A DNA stretch of 64,000 bases, taken from the IMG/VR virus record IMGVR_UViG_3300044630_006293, positions 124,001 to 188,000 of that record. The stretch is one strand, 5' to 3'. Made by a program: the position numbers and the translations under genes. The notes beneath the pieces are model-generated. The model had not been told where the DNA came from. It made no database searches and saw only the letters and a list, made by a program, of their open reading frames with translations. Positions within the stretch are counted from its first letter, which is position 1; every line of letters starts with the position of its first letter. Below are positions 1 through 9,918 of this stretch, one piece after another.

Positions 1-560
1 TTCATTAAGAATATTATTATTTAAATCTTTAATAAAAAACTTAATAGAACCCATAGAAGTTCTGTGAAAATCTACTGTGTATACTGCAGTTTGGTCTTTG
101 ACGGTAAACTTAGCATATTCGCCGGCATCTGCAACATAGGATGGACATGTTACATGTACAGAACCAGCAGAACAGTAAATACCATAAGGTGAGTCAGGGT
201 GAGAACAAGTTGAAATGTTAACTGGATTTGCATATTTATAATGTACAGAAAGGTTTTCTGCACAACTAAAATATTTACAAGAAACACAAGAAGACTGAAT
301 TGGTTCAACTAATTGGGCTGAAACAATATTGCCCTTTTCAATTCCTTGAATAGATAAAGATGTAATATCTACGTTAGTTATTTCGCGAATTCTAGTAATT
401 GCTTTAGAATTAAAAACATCTACAGGATGTAAATCTGATTCAATTATGCTAACTAAGAGATCAATTAGATCAAAATCTTCAGAATTATTTTCAGTTTGAA
501 TCTGAGAAAGTAAATTACGAAAATGAGCAACAACAACACTTTTTTTTAATGTTCCCACAA

Positions 561-1223
561 TTATCTCCAAGTAGTTTGATAAACAGAATAAATTTTTTTA
601 TTTAAATCATCTATTTGTTGATTAAGTTCTTTTATTTTAAGATCTTTCAGATCAAGTTGATTTAATAAATAACTATTATCAACAAGAGAATTACTTAAAT
701 GAGAAATAGACAGAGAAATTTGAGAAAGAATTTCTTCTGGAGAATTAGTGGTAGAAATCATTTCTAGATGGGATTCGGTAAATTCTTGAGATTTGATTAC
801 AAAAGCTTTTCCAGAACCAGCACCAATTTGAGTAATTCTACCAGATGATTTAAGAAGATTAAAAATTGATTCAGAAATAGAAGGAAGAAGATCAGAAAAG
901 AAAGTAGAAATAAATTCTTTCTTAGAAAAAGGAAAAAAGAAATAGTCAATACCCTCTGAAGAAGGCGCATACAACTCTAAAGTAGAGATAATAGAAGAAG
1001 ATGTACATAAAGCCGTTAGAGAAGTATCTTCTGATATTAAATCAGAATAATCAGATAAAGAACTCCCATCAGCAAGATATGATCTAAACCGAGAGTAATC
1101 TCCAGTGTTTATTACATGTGCTGCTAAACAGTTAAATTCTGTAGACTTTGTATTATGTTCTGAAGAAAACCGTTGGTAGGTAATAGAATTTAAAGTTTCT
1201 AAGTTATCAATATTAGTTATCAT
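561..1223 (-). CDS. hypothetical protein
   Basis: 220-aa ORF in a tightly packed minus-strand gene train; no recognised motif. Confidence 0.7.
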   Translation of the reverse strand: MITNIDNLETLNSITYQRFSSEHNTKSTEFNCLAAHVINTGDYSRFRSYLADGSSLSDYSDLISEDTSLTALCTSSSIISTLELYAPSSEGIDYFFFPFSKKEFISTFFSDLLPSISESIFNLLKSSGRITQIGAGSGKAFVIKSQEFTESHLEMISTTNSPEEILSQISLSISHLSNSLVDNSYLLNQLDLKDLKIKELNQQIDDLNKKIYSVYQTTWR

Positions 1224-1509
1224 ATTTTTGAGCCTCTACTGAGTGAAAGGATAGTGTTTTAGATTCAATGAACTTCTTTACGGGAAGTGAAAGTACATGT
1301 AAAGAAGTCATTTGTGGATACATTGATTTAACAATAGGGTATATTTTGTTAATGCATGATATATCTTTTATAATATCAATTGAATGAGAGTCTACAAAAA
1401 GTAGACAATGACCATTGCTCTCAGAGGTCAGATGACTTTGATTCAACCACGTCATTAATGGCTGAGGCAAGTCTTTCATCCTGTTGGGCCACGAGTGTTT
1501 TAGATCCAT
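1213..1509 (-). CDS. hypothetical protein
   Basis: 98-aa ORF overlapping neighbours. Confidence 0.5.
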   Translation of the reverse strand: MDLKHSWPNRMKDLPQPLMTWLNQSHLTSESNGHCLLFVDSHSIDIIKDISCINKIYPIVKSMYPQMTSLHVLSLPVKKFIESKTLSFHSVEAQKYDN

Positions 1510-1801
1510 CTTGCATAACCTTTAGCATTTCTCGTCTAGCTTGGCTGACGTTATTTTGAAAAACTTTTTGCTGATCTTCAGTAGCAAAAGAAATTTGAGC
1601 TAGAAGCGCTTCCAAAAACACAGCTTGCTCACCAAATCCTACGACCAAGGTGGCAATCTGCTTTTCAAAAGATTCAAGCTTATCATCAATTTCTTTAATT
1701 CTTGAATCTGTGAGCTTAGATAAGCTGATAATAACTTCTTCAACGTAAGACTTTAGTTCTTCAGTTGACATAGAAGAATCATTATTATTTTGATCAGACA
1801 T
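1421..1801 (-). CDS. hypothetical coiled-coil protein
   Basis: ORF track 1421..1813; start moved to MSDQ (1801), which abuts the upstream stop. Confidence 0.65.
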   Translation of the reverse strand: MSDQNNNDSSMSTEELKSYVEEVIISLSKLTDSRIKEIDDKLESFEKQIATLVVGFGEQAVFLEALLAQISFATEDQQKVFQNNVSQARREMLKVMQDGSKTLVAQQDERLASAINDVVESKSSDL

Positions 1802-1802
1802 T

Positions 1803-2444
1803 TTATACCTCATACCAGTGTTGGTTATTTGCTACATAAGAGTATAGCGCAAGATCAACAATATAGGAAATAGAAGAAATATCTTGGCGTGTTACTTTGA
1901 TAGAATCAACAGAAATTGGAGACTTCATATCAGGAATATAAGCTCCAGTATCTGAAACTCGTGCAGTAAAATGGCCAGCTTTCCATACAAAAGCATTAGA
2001 ATCATAAGTATCACCAGAAGACCAGTGATGTGCCTTGAAGATTCTAGATACAGGCTTTCCATCAATCTTTCCGCCACCATAGGAAGCATAAGCTTCTGGT
2101 GTAGGTATTCCTAATCTATCATTTGCAGGATATATATCAGCTGCAGTTCCAAGAGTAATTGATTTAAGATAAGCAGCAAAGTCAACAGCGTCAACATAAA
2201 GCTGAGTGTGTCCTAATAACTTTCCATCAGGAGAAGTTTTACCAATATCTATTTTAAATTTCATACCAGTAAACCAAGGGCGAATAGAAAGAAATCCGCT
2301 TTGGGTTTTAGATCTAAACCACTTCTTATAAAGATCATTTTCGTAATCTTTATCATCTTTAGAAAAGACTTTTTCAGGGGAATTAGAATCGTCATCAAGG
2401 GTAGTTAAAAACTCTTGAACAGATTCATAAACTTCATCTGACAT
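1803..2444 (-). CDS. hypothetical protein
   Basis: 213-aa ORF with AAAGGAGA SD upstream. Confidence 0.75.
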   Translation of the reverse strand: MSDEVYESVQEFLTTLDDDSNSPEKVFSKDDKDYENDLYKKWFRSKTQSGFLSIRPWFTGMKFKIDIGKTSPDGKLLGHTQLYVDAVDFAAYLKSITLGTAADIYPANDRLGIPTPEAYASYGGGKIDGKPVSRIFKAHHWSSGDTYDSNAFVWKAGHFTARVSDTGAYIPDMKSPISVDSIKVTRQDISSISYIVDLALYSYVANNQHWYEV

Positions 2445-2459
2445 TTTTATATCTCCTTT

Positions 2460-4073
2460 TTAATTTGAAATAGGAATCTTTGCGAAGGAATTCCTGGCAA
2501 TTGAACGATTTGGATTAAGTACATTTTGTGCTTCTGTGTATTGATCAGTAGAAGCCCAGTCCCACTGATCAAGAGCTGTTCTATACAATTCTTGAATCAT
2601 TGGTCGAGACTTATTCCAAAGAATATTTCTCATTTTAGAAACATGAGAAAGTATATCTTGAGTATTGATTGCTCTGAGCTCAGAGGAACTAACAAAGAAT
2701 TTAACTTCTGAAATAAGACTCTTAATTTCTGCACCGGTAAAGTACTGAGTTGCATTTGCTAATGCTTCAGTATTATACACATGGGGTGTATTTATTCCAG
2801 AAAGGTAAATTGAAAAGATAGATTGACGCTCTTCAAGAGAAGGAAGGCCAACAAATAAAATTTTATCAAAACGATCTGCGCGTAACATCTCTGGCTTAAG
2901 ATGCTCAAGCTGATTAGCTGCACACATCAAGAAAACATTTTCAGGAAGTTCCTGAAGACCAGTAAGAAATTCTCCATGAACACGATCAGTCGTGCCACCA
3001 TCTACCTGGGAAGAACTTTGTCCACCAGATAGATCTCGACCAAATTCGTCAATCCAAACACATAATGGGGCCATAGCATTGATCTGTTTAAATACTGCGC
3101 GCATATTAGCTTCTGATTGACCGATATAAGAGTTCATGACTTGACTAATGCCGGTGCGAGCAAGATCTAGACCAAGAGCATTTGCAGTTGCCTCACAGAT
3201 GGCAGATTTACCAGTGCCCGGAATACCAACCATAAGCATGCGTCTGATTGGGGAAATTCCAAATTGCTTAGCTTGTTCAGGATTATGCCAAAGGTTAGCG
3301 TTTCTAGAAATAAGATCTTTAATAAAATCAAGACCACCAATATTATCAAAAGTAATTTGAGGTTTAATAATCTCTAGGATGCCGTTCTTCTTGACTGAGC
3401 TCATTTTCTGCTCATAAATATAATCAGCAGAAACTTCACCAGTTTCAAGAACAGAGGTCAAAGCAAGATTAATAAACTCAGTTTCAGAAAGGCCCAAAGC
3501 AGAAGAAGCAATAGCTTTGTAATCAGATGTAACAAGTTGATTATTAGAAGAAGAATTTATGTGAGCAAGTACTGTAACAAAATCTTCTATAGAAGGATAC
3601 TCAGTTTCTATAGAGTTAAACAAATGAGCAAAATTTTCTGGAGCAGAAAAATGAGAAACAATAATATATTGAATAGGCATAGAAGCAAGATCATTAGACC
3701 AAAATGCTTCACGATAAGTTACATTAGCGTTATTAAAAAGACCTGCGTACATTTCTACAAAGCCATCAGGATTTGAAAAAACATCAAACATAAATGTCTT
3801 TTGAGTTTCTATTTCATATTTAGAAATAAAATCATGAGCAACAGAAAAATCAAAAGTTACTTTCTTAATAACCTGAGCTGGATCATCTGGACTAGGCATG
3901 TCGACTAGAACGGGTTTCCATGATCCGTTTTTATATTGACAAAAACCGTTGATAGGATCAATGATAAAGTAACTACGATCAGAAAAATTAACGATTGATT
4001 CTAAAGCCTTAGAGGTATCCATCGTCTTAACCCACAAAGATGGGTAACCAAGTTTAATTTGAGAAAAAAGCAT
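2460..4073 (-). CDS. AAA+ ATPase (Ycf46/SpoVK/Cdc48-like; degenerate N-terminal part plus one intact AAA module)
   Basis: Walker A GIPGTGKS, Walker B VWIDE, second region of homology MLRADRFD, NIGGLD lead-in. Confidence 0.9.
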   Translation of the reverse strand: MLFSQIKLGYPSLWVKTMDTSKALESIVNFSDRSYFIIDPINGFCQYKNGSWKPVLVDMPSPDDPAQVIKKVTFDFSVAHDFISKYEIETQKTFMFDVFSNPDGFVEMYAGLFNNANVTYREAFWSNDLASMPIQYIIVSHFSAPENFAHLFNSIETEYPSIEDFVTVLAHINSSSNNQLVTSDYKAIASSALGLSETEFINLALTSVLETGEVSADYIYEQKMSSVKKNGILEIIKPQITFDNIGGLDFIKDLISRNANLWHNPEQAKQFGISPIRRMLMVGIPGTGKSAICEATANALGLDLARTGISQVMNSYIGQSEANMRAVFKQINAMAPLCVWIDEFGRDLSGGQSSSQVDGGTTDRVHGEFLTGLQELPENVFLMCAANQLEHLKPEMLRADRFDKILFVGLPSLEERQSIFSIYLSGINTPHVYNTEALANATQYFTGAEIKSLISEVKFFVSSSELRAINTQDILSHVSKMRNILWNKSRPMIQELYRTALDQWDWASTDQYTEAQNVLNPNRSIARNSFAKIPISN

Positions 4074-4108
4074 AAAATCCTAAAAATAACGGGTGGCTTT
4101 ATAAAAAA

Positions 4109-4150
4109 GTGGGGGAGCGTATCCAGCTAAAAGCCAATACACTCCCCCAC
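4109..4150 (-). terminator. hairpin, probable terminator/attenuator between Ubl gene and AAA ATPase
   Basis: gtgggggag...ctcccccac inverted repeat followed on minus strand by a T-run. Confidence 0.6.
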
Positions 4151-4181
4151 GAATGGGATGCTAGTGAGGGAAAAAGGTTAA

Positions 4182-4439
4182 TTAACCCTTTTCGCCTGCA
4201 CGGCGGTGGAACTCTACGTTGTCATTTGCTCCAACAACATAGTCTTCATCAAGCTTATCTTTACCTTTGTAAGCTACAGCGTCTGAAGGAATTCCCCAAA
4301 GCTTGGAAAACTGTTCACGGATATCCTTTACAGTCTTTCCTGAAACTGGAGCAGGCTGTGTGTAAACACCAAAGCGAACGTTGGCCATCTGACCAGACGA
4401 AGGCTGTGATGCTGCACCGGAATTGTTAATTGCAGTCAT
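4182..4439 (-). CDS. prokaryotic ubiquitin-like (beta-grasp) protein, PRTRC protein C-like
   Basis: 85 aa ending EFHRRAGEKG (C-terminal Gly); directly downstream of E1, JAB and E2 genes. Confidence 0.85.
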   Translation of the reverse strand: MTAINNSGAASQPSSGQMANVRFGVYTQPAPVSGKTVKDIREQFSKLWGIPSDAVAYKGKDKLDEDYVVGANDNVEFHRRAGEKG

Positions 4440-4452
4440 TTTATTCTCCTAA

Positions 4453-5208
4453 TTAGTTATTAACAGTAGATACTAGAGATGGACGACGATCATAAGGTTC
4501 TGCTTTGCCAATTGCAAGGTCAAAGTAAATCTCTGCTTCGTCAGGGCTTTGTTTGGCAACAATTGTTTTCTGAACTCTTCCAAGCAAATATGCAGCAACA
4601 GCCATATTTGTAGCAAGAATTTGAGTCCCTCCTTCAATTGATGCGCGTTCCTGGCAAGATAACTCTCCTGGATTTTTATCAGGAGGATTATCATATTCAG
4701 GATGGTTATTCACTGGATGGTCAGTAACGTCATAGCCGTCACGACGTTGATAATGATAGATGCTACCAAAAAGAGCATCATCATTTCCACCAGTAAAAAT
4801 ATCAATATTATTTAATTGAGATGCAGCGTCAAACAAAATTTTACGAGCAGCAAAATTATCTACAACTGCAAATACAACATCATTCTCAGAGATTAAAGAA
4901 GAAGCTTTAATCTTAGGAGACTCTTCATCTGCAACACCAGCAAAGTTGTCATCAACAACCCATTTAGGAACTGGAATAAAAGTTGTATTGTCAAATTGTT
5001 GAGTTAATCTATGAGCTGTAGCAATTGCTTTATTTCCCATTTGAGTAAAAGATTGACGTTCTTTATTGCGCTCTTCATAAGTATCGCCATCAACAATTAT
5101 AAGAGCAGAACCAGGATACTTATACTCTAATAAACGAGCAAGACCGTCAGCAAGCCATGTGCCAATGCCTCCAGCTCCAACAAGAACAAACCTTTTTTGC
5201 TCAGTCAT
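4453..5208 (-). CDS. ThiF/E1-like Ubl-activating enzyme
   Basis: GAGGIG nucleotide-binding loop, VDGD..EERNKERQ, MGNKA, VDNFAARK; candidate catalytic Cys in ELSCQER. Confidence 0.92.
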   Translation of the reverse strand: MTEQKRFVLVGAGGIGTWLADGLARLLEYKYPGSALIIVDGDTYEERNKERQSFTQMGNKAIATAHRLTQQFDNTTFIPVPKWVVDDNFAGVADEESPKIKASSLISENDVVFAVVDNFAARKILFDAASQLNNIDIFTGGNDDALFGSIYHYQRRDGYDVTDHPVNNHPEYDNPPDKNPGELSCQERASIEGGTQILATNMAVAAYLLGRVQKTIVAKQSPDEAEIYFDLAIGKAEPYDRRPSLVSTVNN

Positions 5209-6874
5209 AATAATATTCTCTTTCTGCTATATAGTCAAATTCACTTTTTGAATTTTTGTAATGAACAAATGAAGCACAAACATCAATTGGATCATTTATT
5301 GTGAATCCTTCTTGAACAAAATCTACGATAGCTTCTTTAAAAGAAGGGCAAGAAACATCATAATAATTTACACAATTAAAACAATCAGTTTCTATTTGAT
5401 AAACAAATCTTTTTTTGTGAGCTTCATCAAACTCTTTAATGTTAGATTCTGTAACAGTTTTCTTACATGAACAAAGATGAACATCAGTAAGGTTAACACC
5501 ACAGCAAAGAGTTTTTTCTTCATAAACAAAATCATCATCTGGAACAACATCGGATCCAGCTGCAAAAGGATCTAATCCTTGAGGTTTAATATTTAAAAGA
5601 AAATTAGAAACAGGATTATGTTCATCTACACAGTAGATATAATAACCAACATTGGGATCCAGTGCTCTACTGGAACAATAGTGATGAATCATAGTGATGA
5701 TGTCATACTGTCCCATATCTTGAGTAATTATAGGAGTGTCGCAAGTTGGACAAAATCCAGACTTAATTGCTTGAAGTTCTAAAGGAAAAGAACAAATCAA
5801 GCAATCAGCTGACATAACAGATTCAAGATCAATCTCAATTGCAACAATAGAATCATGAGGAATAGAATCTAATTCTTTTAGAAAAATAGATTTATCAAAT
5901 GATTTATGGGTAGTAGTTTCCGTACCAGCTGTCGTAGGTTGCGAGTTGGGAGGTTGTTGAGCCCACATCTTTTGGTACGACTGGGTTTGTGTAAGAGTAG
6001 CCTGAGTAGCCTGAGTAGCCGAACCCCCCATATTGAGGGGTTGGACTTTTTTTACTTTTTGGGTCCATTCTACAACCTCAGGATCAGGTGATTTAGATAC
6101 AAAAAGTGGCTCAAAAACATCTTCTGGCTTAAGGGTAAAAGCAGTTCCGCCCATTTGAAGCTCTATATGATATTGAGTTGCTCCATTGTTAACAGTCTTT
6201 TGCCAACCATAAGTAATATGAATGCCATCAAAGTCTGCTTGATCTTCATGATCTGTGCCAGATGCATATGCAGGCATATCAGGATGAGAGTGAACAGAAC
6301 CAACAATCATAGCTTCATCTGGTTTAATAGCAACAATGCTATCAGCATCGTACTTGCAATGAACAGAAGTGTTTTGTTGTTCAGGAACTAGCACACCCCA
6401 TCCATCAGGTCCTTCTTTAGTTGGATCATAAGTAAGTATTACGATAGATTCAGTATGATGTTGCGCGTCAACTAAGCGGAAGAATTCATCAAGCTTATCT
6501 ACAATAGTCCGAGGAATGTAAGGCATTGTATATTGTGCAACTTCTTCAACAGATGCAAAGTTTGAACCTAAAGGATCAGAAGAATCTGATACAGAACGAC
6601 CAACAAAGTTATTGACAACTTTAAGAATAGAAGGAGCATAACTTACAGAAGTAGACTGTGTTACAACTCCTTTTGAATCTTTAGTCTGAACATTTTTGTA
6701 AGTTGCTTTATCGCAAATTAAATAATAAATTTGAAATCCAAATGATTCAATTACTTCACAAATATCATCTACGACTTCCCAGTTGTTTGCAACGAAACAA
6801 GGGGCACCGTTAGACATCCAGAAATAATTCATATCATCTAGAGTGTAGTTAACTACATTCTCTACTGTAGACAT
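5201..6874 (-). CDS. JAB/MPN+ metalloprotease (deconjugase) with Cys-rich C-terminal extension
   Basis: E...GSVHSHPDMPAYASGTD JAMM motif; several CxxC motifs in the C-terminal half. Confidence 0.88.
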   Translation of the reverse strand: MSTVENVVNYTLDDMNYFWMSNGAPCFVANNWEVVDDICEVIESFGFQIYYLICDKATYKNVQTKDSKGVVTQSTSVSYAPSILKVVNNFVGRSVSDSSDPLGSNFASVEEVAQYTMPYIPRTIVDKLDEFFRLVDAQHHTESIVILTYDPTKEGPDGWGVLVPEQQNTSVHCKYDADSIVAIKPDEAMIVGSVHSHPDMPAYASGTDHEDQADFDGIHITYGWQKTVNNGATQYHIELQMGGTAFTLKPEDVFEPLFVSKSPDPEVVEWTQKVKKVQPLNMGGSATQATQATLTQTQSYQKMWAQQPPNSQPTTAGTETTTHKSFDKSIFLKELDSIPHDSIVAIEIDLESVMSADCLICSFPLELQAIKSGFCPTCDTPIITQDMGQYDIITMIHHYCSSRALDPNVGYYIYCVDEHNPVSNFLLNIKPQGLDPFAAGSDVVPDDDFVYEEKTLCCGVNLTDVHLCSCKKTVTESNIKEFDEAHKKRFVYQIETDCFNCVNYYDVSCPSFKEAIVDFVQEGFTINDPIDVCASFVHYKNSKSEFDYIAEREYYYD

Positions 6875-6915
6875 AAAACTCCTAAAATATTAATTGGTTG
6901 TGTTTTTTATTGATA

Positions 6916-8760
6916 TTAAAATGGATTATCGTAATCAATAACAGGATCATAAGAATAACTATGATTTTTGTCATGAGAATTTTTATTGTAGTTTTCAACA
7001 TGAAACTTATTAAAATTATCAAATGAAACAGGAGTAAAACTAATAGTTGGAGAAGAGTCTGGAGCAAAATTAATTATTGCACAAGATTTACAAACTCCAA
7101 ATACATCTATATCAAAAGTTTCATCATCGTTTAATGGAACAGTCATTGTAGTTTTGGGGCATTCAATAGAATCTTCTAAGAGATTATTCTTAAGAATTCC
7201 ACAAGGACAAACATAAGATTTTGCTTTGCAATTGTTACAGAAATAAATTTTATTTATATTTGTACTAGCAAATGGTTCATCTCCAGAGTAATCTAGAAAT
7301 GGAACAGAAACAATTTGCTCAAATGCTTGAGATTCTAAAATAGATTTTTTACAAGTATTGCAAGAGTAACACTCAAGAGAGTTATCCTTAGCATATTGCT
7401 CTACACAGTTTTGACAAATAGTGGATTCGGAATCTTCAGGATGCCAAACTTCTTTAATTACTTTGTTGGTACCGCTGTCTGCCCAGTCTTCGCCACATGT
7501 GTCGCAGGAAACAATAGTATCAAATGTCTTATGATAATACTCATTAGAAGTTTCAACATAATAAACAGAGTCATCATCTACATTGAAATGGGCATCAACC
7601 GATTTGATGTGAATAAAATACTCTTCGAAACATCCTTGACAAATTGAATTTTCATAATAATCTTTATTTTCATATTCATCTTTCTCATAAGATTCTCCAC
7701 AAGCATCGCAATTAAAATAAGCTGTTTCAGGAAGATTTGTATGATCAGTAGGTGAATCAAGTAAAGAAGAGTTAGAAAAAATAGAAGATCCAGTTTTATT
7801 CTTAATGTCTTCAGAAGACTGAAATGTATTATTTAATAAAGAGTTTTTCTTAGATGCGCTATTGTAAGATAGTGCAAAGTAAGAAAGAACAGACTCAGAA
7901 GCAAGTTCTTTGTCCGGGCGGATCACAGCATTGATAGGTTTGGTTTTAGTACTATCATGATAGTATGCTTGGTAATCGCCAACTAAAGCGTCAGCAAAAG
8001 TTAAATGCTGACCGTTAGGGTCATGCTTATCTTGATTATCCATTGATTCTACAAGAACTGGTATCCAAAGAGATTCATCTAAGGTCCATGCATAACCTTC
8101 ATTATTAGATTTATCTTGCCATTCAGTAGGGTTTGATAAATAAGATGGTTTATTATTTTCAATATAAAAACGAGTTCCATCAGTCTCAGACATGTTAGCA
8201 TCGTTGTAAGTTTCTACACCTGAACAACGCTCAATAAACCTTGAAATTCTCTCATTAAGTGGAAGTTCAGACCAATCTTCATTCCTATATAAACAAATCC
8301 ATCCAACACCATTTCCGCGATAACCCTTGCAATTAATGTTTGGAAGATTTACATGGTAAAGCTTTTGAGTAGGATGAGTTATAGGATAAGGAGAGTAGAA
8401 CATCCTTGCACCTAAAAGGTTGCCATGTTCCATATCGCAGATAATAATACGATATGGTTGAGCAACGTAGTACGCTGTTGCAGGAGCACCCTCTGCAGCA
8501 GCCCAGTTTACGTGATATAAACCTGGCTTATGCTGATAGGCAAACTGGCTATAAGTGCCAGCTGTGCGAATTGAAAGGGTTCCAGTTCCGTCTACTGGAA
8601 GTAGTCCGGTATCCCAAGCAGCATACTGAGAGAAATGAGAATAAAAAGAAACAATATCTTTTTCGGTAACATGGTCAAGGTTAAAAGACTTGACAGTAGA
8701 TTGAACGGATATATTCCCCTCTTCTTTATGAACAATGGAATAGTTTATTTTATCAGACAT
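6916..8760 (-). CDS. prokaryotic E2-like (family D / PRTRC protein B-like) enzyme fused to a multi-CxxC region
   Basis: LYHVNLPNIN...GWICL resembles the E2_D catalytic-Cys region; operon context; more than 6 CxxC pairs C-terminally. Confidence 0.75.
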   Translation of the reverse strand: MSDKINYSIVHKEEGNISVQSTVKSFNLDHVTEKDIVSFYSHFSQYAAWDTGLLPVDGTGTLSIRTAGTYSQFAYQHKPGLYHVNWAAAEGAPATAYYVAQPYRIIICDMEHGNLLGARMFYSPYPITHPTQKLYHVNLPNINCKGYRGNGVGWICLYRNEDWSELPLNERISRFIERCSGVETYNDANMSETDGTRFYIENNKPSYLSNPTEWQDKSNNEGYAWTLDESLWIPVLVESMDNQDKHDPNGQHLTFADALVGDYQAYYHDSTKTKPINAVIRPDKELASESVLSYFALSYNSASKKNSLLNNTFQSSEDIKNKTGSSIFSNSSLLDSPTDHTNLPETAYFNCDACGESYEKDEYENKDYYENSICQGCFEEYFIHIKSVDAHFNVDDDSVYYVETSNEYYHKTFDTIVSCDTCGEDWADSGTNKVIKEVWHPEDSESTICQNCVEQYAKDNSLECYSCNTCKKSILESQAFEQIVSVPFLDYSGDEPFASTNINKIYFCNNCKAKSYVCPCGILKNNLLEDSIECPKTTMTVPLNDDETFDIDVFGVCKSCAIINFAPDSSPTISFTPVSFDNFNKFHVENYNKNSHDKNHSYSYDPVIDYDNPF

Positions 8761-8775
8761 ATAAAAACCTCGTTG

Positions 8776-9165
8776 TTATAGTTCGATTATATTAGAAAGA
8801 TCTTCGTCAATCTCGTTTGAATAATCAGAAAAAGTAGTGGTAAACCAAATAGGATCGGCTTCAAGAAGTTTAAGAACATTCATTCTAGATTTAAGATCTT
8901 CTTGAATATTAACAAGATCAGCAAGACGATCAATAGCTTTAGCCATCTTCTTTAAATCAGATTTTTGATTGGTAGCTCTCAATACAAAATGTAGAACAGG
9001 AACATCGTCATAAACAAAATGTTCTATTATTTTATTTACTCTAGAGTTAACTTGTTCAAGTTGAGATTCAAGATTCTTTTGAGCTGTTTTACCAGCAGCA
9101 AAAGAAAATGGAAACTTATCAATAGCAGTAATTCCTTGTGGAATTTTTTCTGGATAAGAATTCAT
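8776..9165 (-). CDS. hypothetical protein
   Basis: 129-aa ORF immediately upstream of the E2 gene. Confidence 0.7.
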   Translation of the reverse strand: MNSYPEKIPQGITAIDKFPFSFAAGKTAQKNLESQLEQVNSRVNKIIEHFVYDDVPVLHFVLRATNQKSDLKKMAKAIDRLADLVNIQEDLKSRMNVLKLLEADPIWFTTTFSDYSNEIDEDLSNIIEL

Positions 9166-9392
9166 CGTTTAGGCTTTCTCGAGTTACTAAATATCTCTTT
9201 AGCATATTGCTTTAGGGATAAAGATGTTGTGATTAAAGTTGCAGCACTTACAGCTATTCGAGTAAGAAGCTTAGCAAGATGGGCTTCATCAATTATAAAT
9301 TTAGATGAAGAAGGAGTTGCTCCAATGTCAAAATAACATTCTTGCAAATAAGTTTTTATTTTTTCGTGTAACTCTTTGTTAGCTATGTTCAT
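9162..9392 (-). CDS. hypothetical protein
   Basis: 76-aa ORF, 4-nt overlap with next gene. Confidence 0.6.
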   Translation of the reverse strand: MNIANKELHEKIKTYLQECYFDIGATPSSSKFIIDEAHLAKLLTRIAVSAATLITTSLSLKQYAKEIFSNSRKPKR

Positions 9393-9462
9393 ATCACTCG
9401 TACCTTTTTAGGTTGTTGGTTTAAGAATAGCAATAAATGCTATTTGTTTATTTATGTATAAA

Positions 9463-9918
9463 CTATGCTAATTGAGCTTTAGCTGAACGATACTTGTTAC
9501 CGTCAGAACCAAAATAGTTAGAAACTATTTCAAAAGCAAGGATAAATAAGAGTGGAAAAATAGAGAATAAATTATAGTAAAAATTAAATATTATAAAGAA
9601 TAAAGTAAAAAGAATAGCAAAAGCCGGACCGGCAATTAAGACTGCTGGAGAATCTTTTATGTTTAAATTTTTAATCCTTGTAATTCCAATAACAAATGGA
9701 AATAAAGGAATAAAGTATGGGAGATCAGGATTTGCTTTTCTTTTGCGCGCAACAAAATAATGGCCAAGCTCGTGAACGAACAAGGCCATAATCATTACGA
9801 AAATTACAGGGTTATTAAAAATAGCATAATTAATACCTGCAGTACCCATAAGGGTACCTATCATTAAAAAAAAATGAGATAATGTTTTTCTATTTGTTTT
9901 TTGAAAATATCTCTTCAA
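9463..9918 (-). CDS. M50 / site-2 protease family membrane metalloprotease
   Basis: HELGH (HExxH) in a hydrophobic segment, IAGP motif, SDG motif. Confidence 0.8.
   Translation of the reverse strand: MKRYFQKTNRKTLSHFFLMIGTLMGTAGINYAIFNNPVIFVMIMALFVHELGHYFVARKRKANPDLPYFIPLFPFVIGITRIKNLNIKDSPAVLIAGPAFAILFTLFFIIFNFYYNLFSIFPLLFILAFEIVSNYFGSDGNKYRSAKAQLA

Noticed and set aside
5996-6020. 9-nt tandem repeat gtagcctga
   Set aside because: Encodes the TQATQAT linker in the JAB protein; ordinary low-complexity coding repeat.
2526-8669. Short alternative-frame and antisense ORFs within the AAA/Ubl operon (e.g. 3148..3360, 4109..4429, 5906..6091)
   Set aside because: Fully overlap well-supported genes and have no recognisable features.
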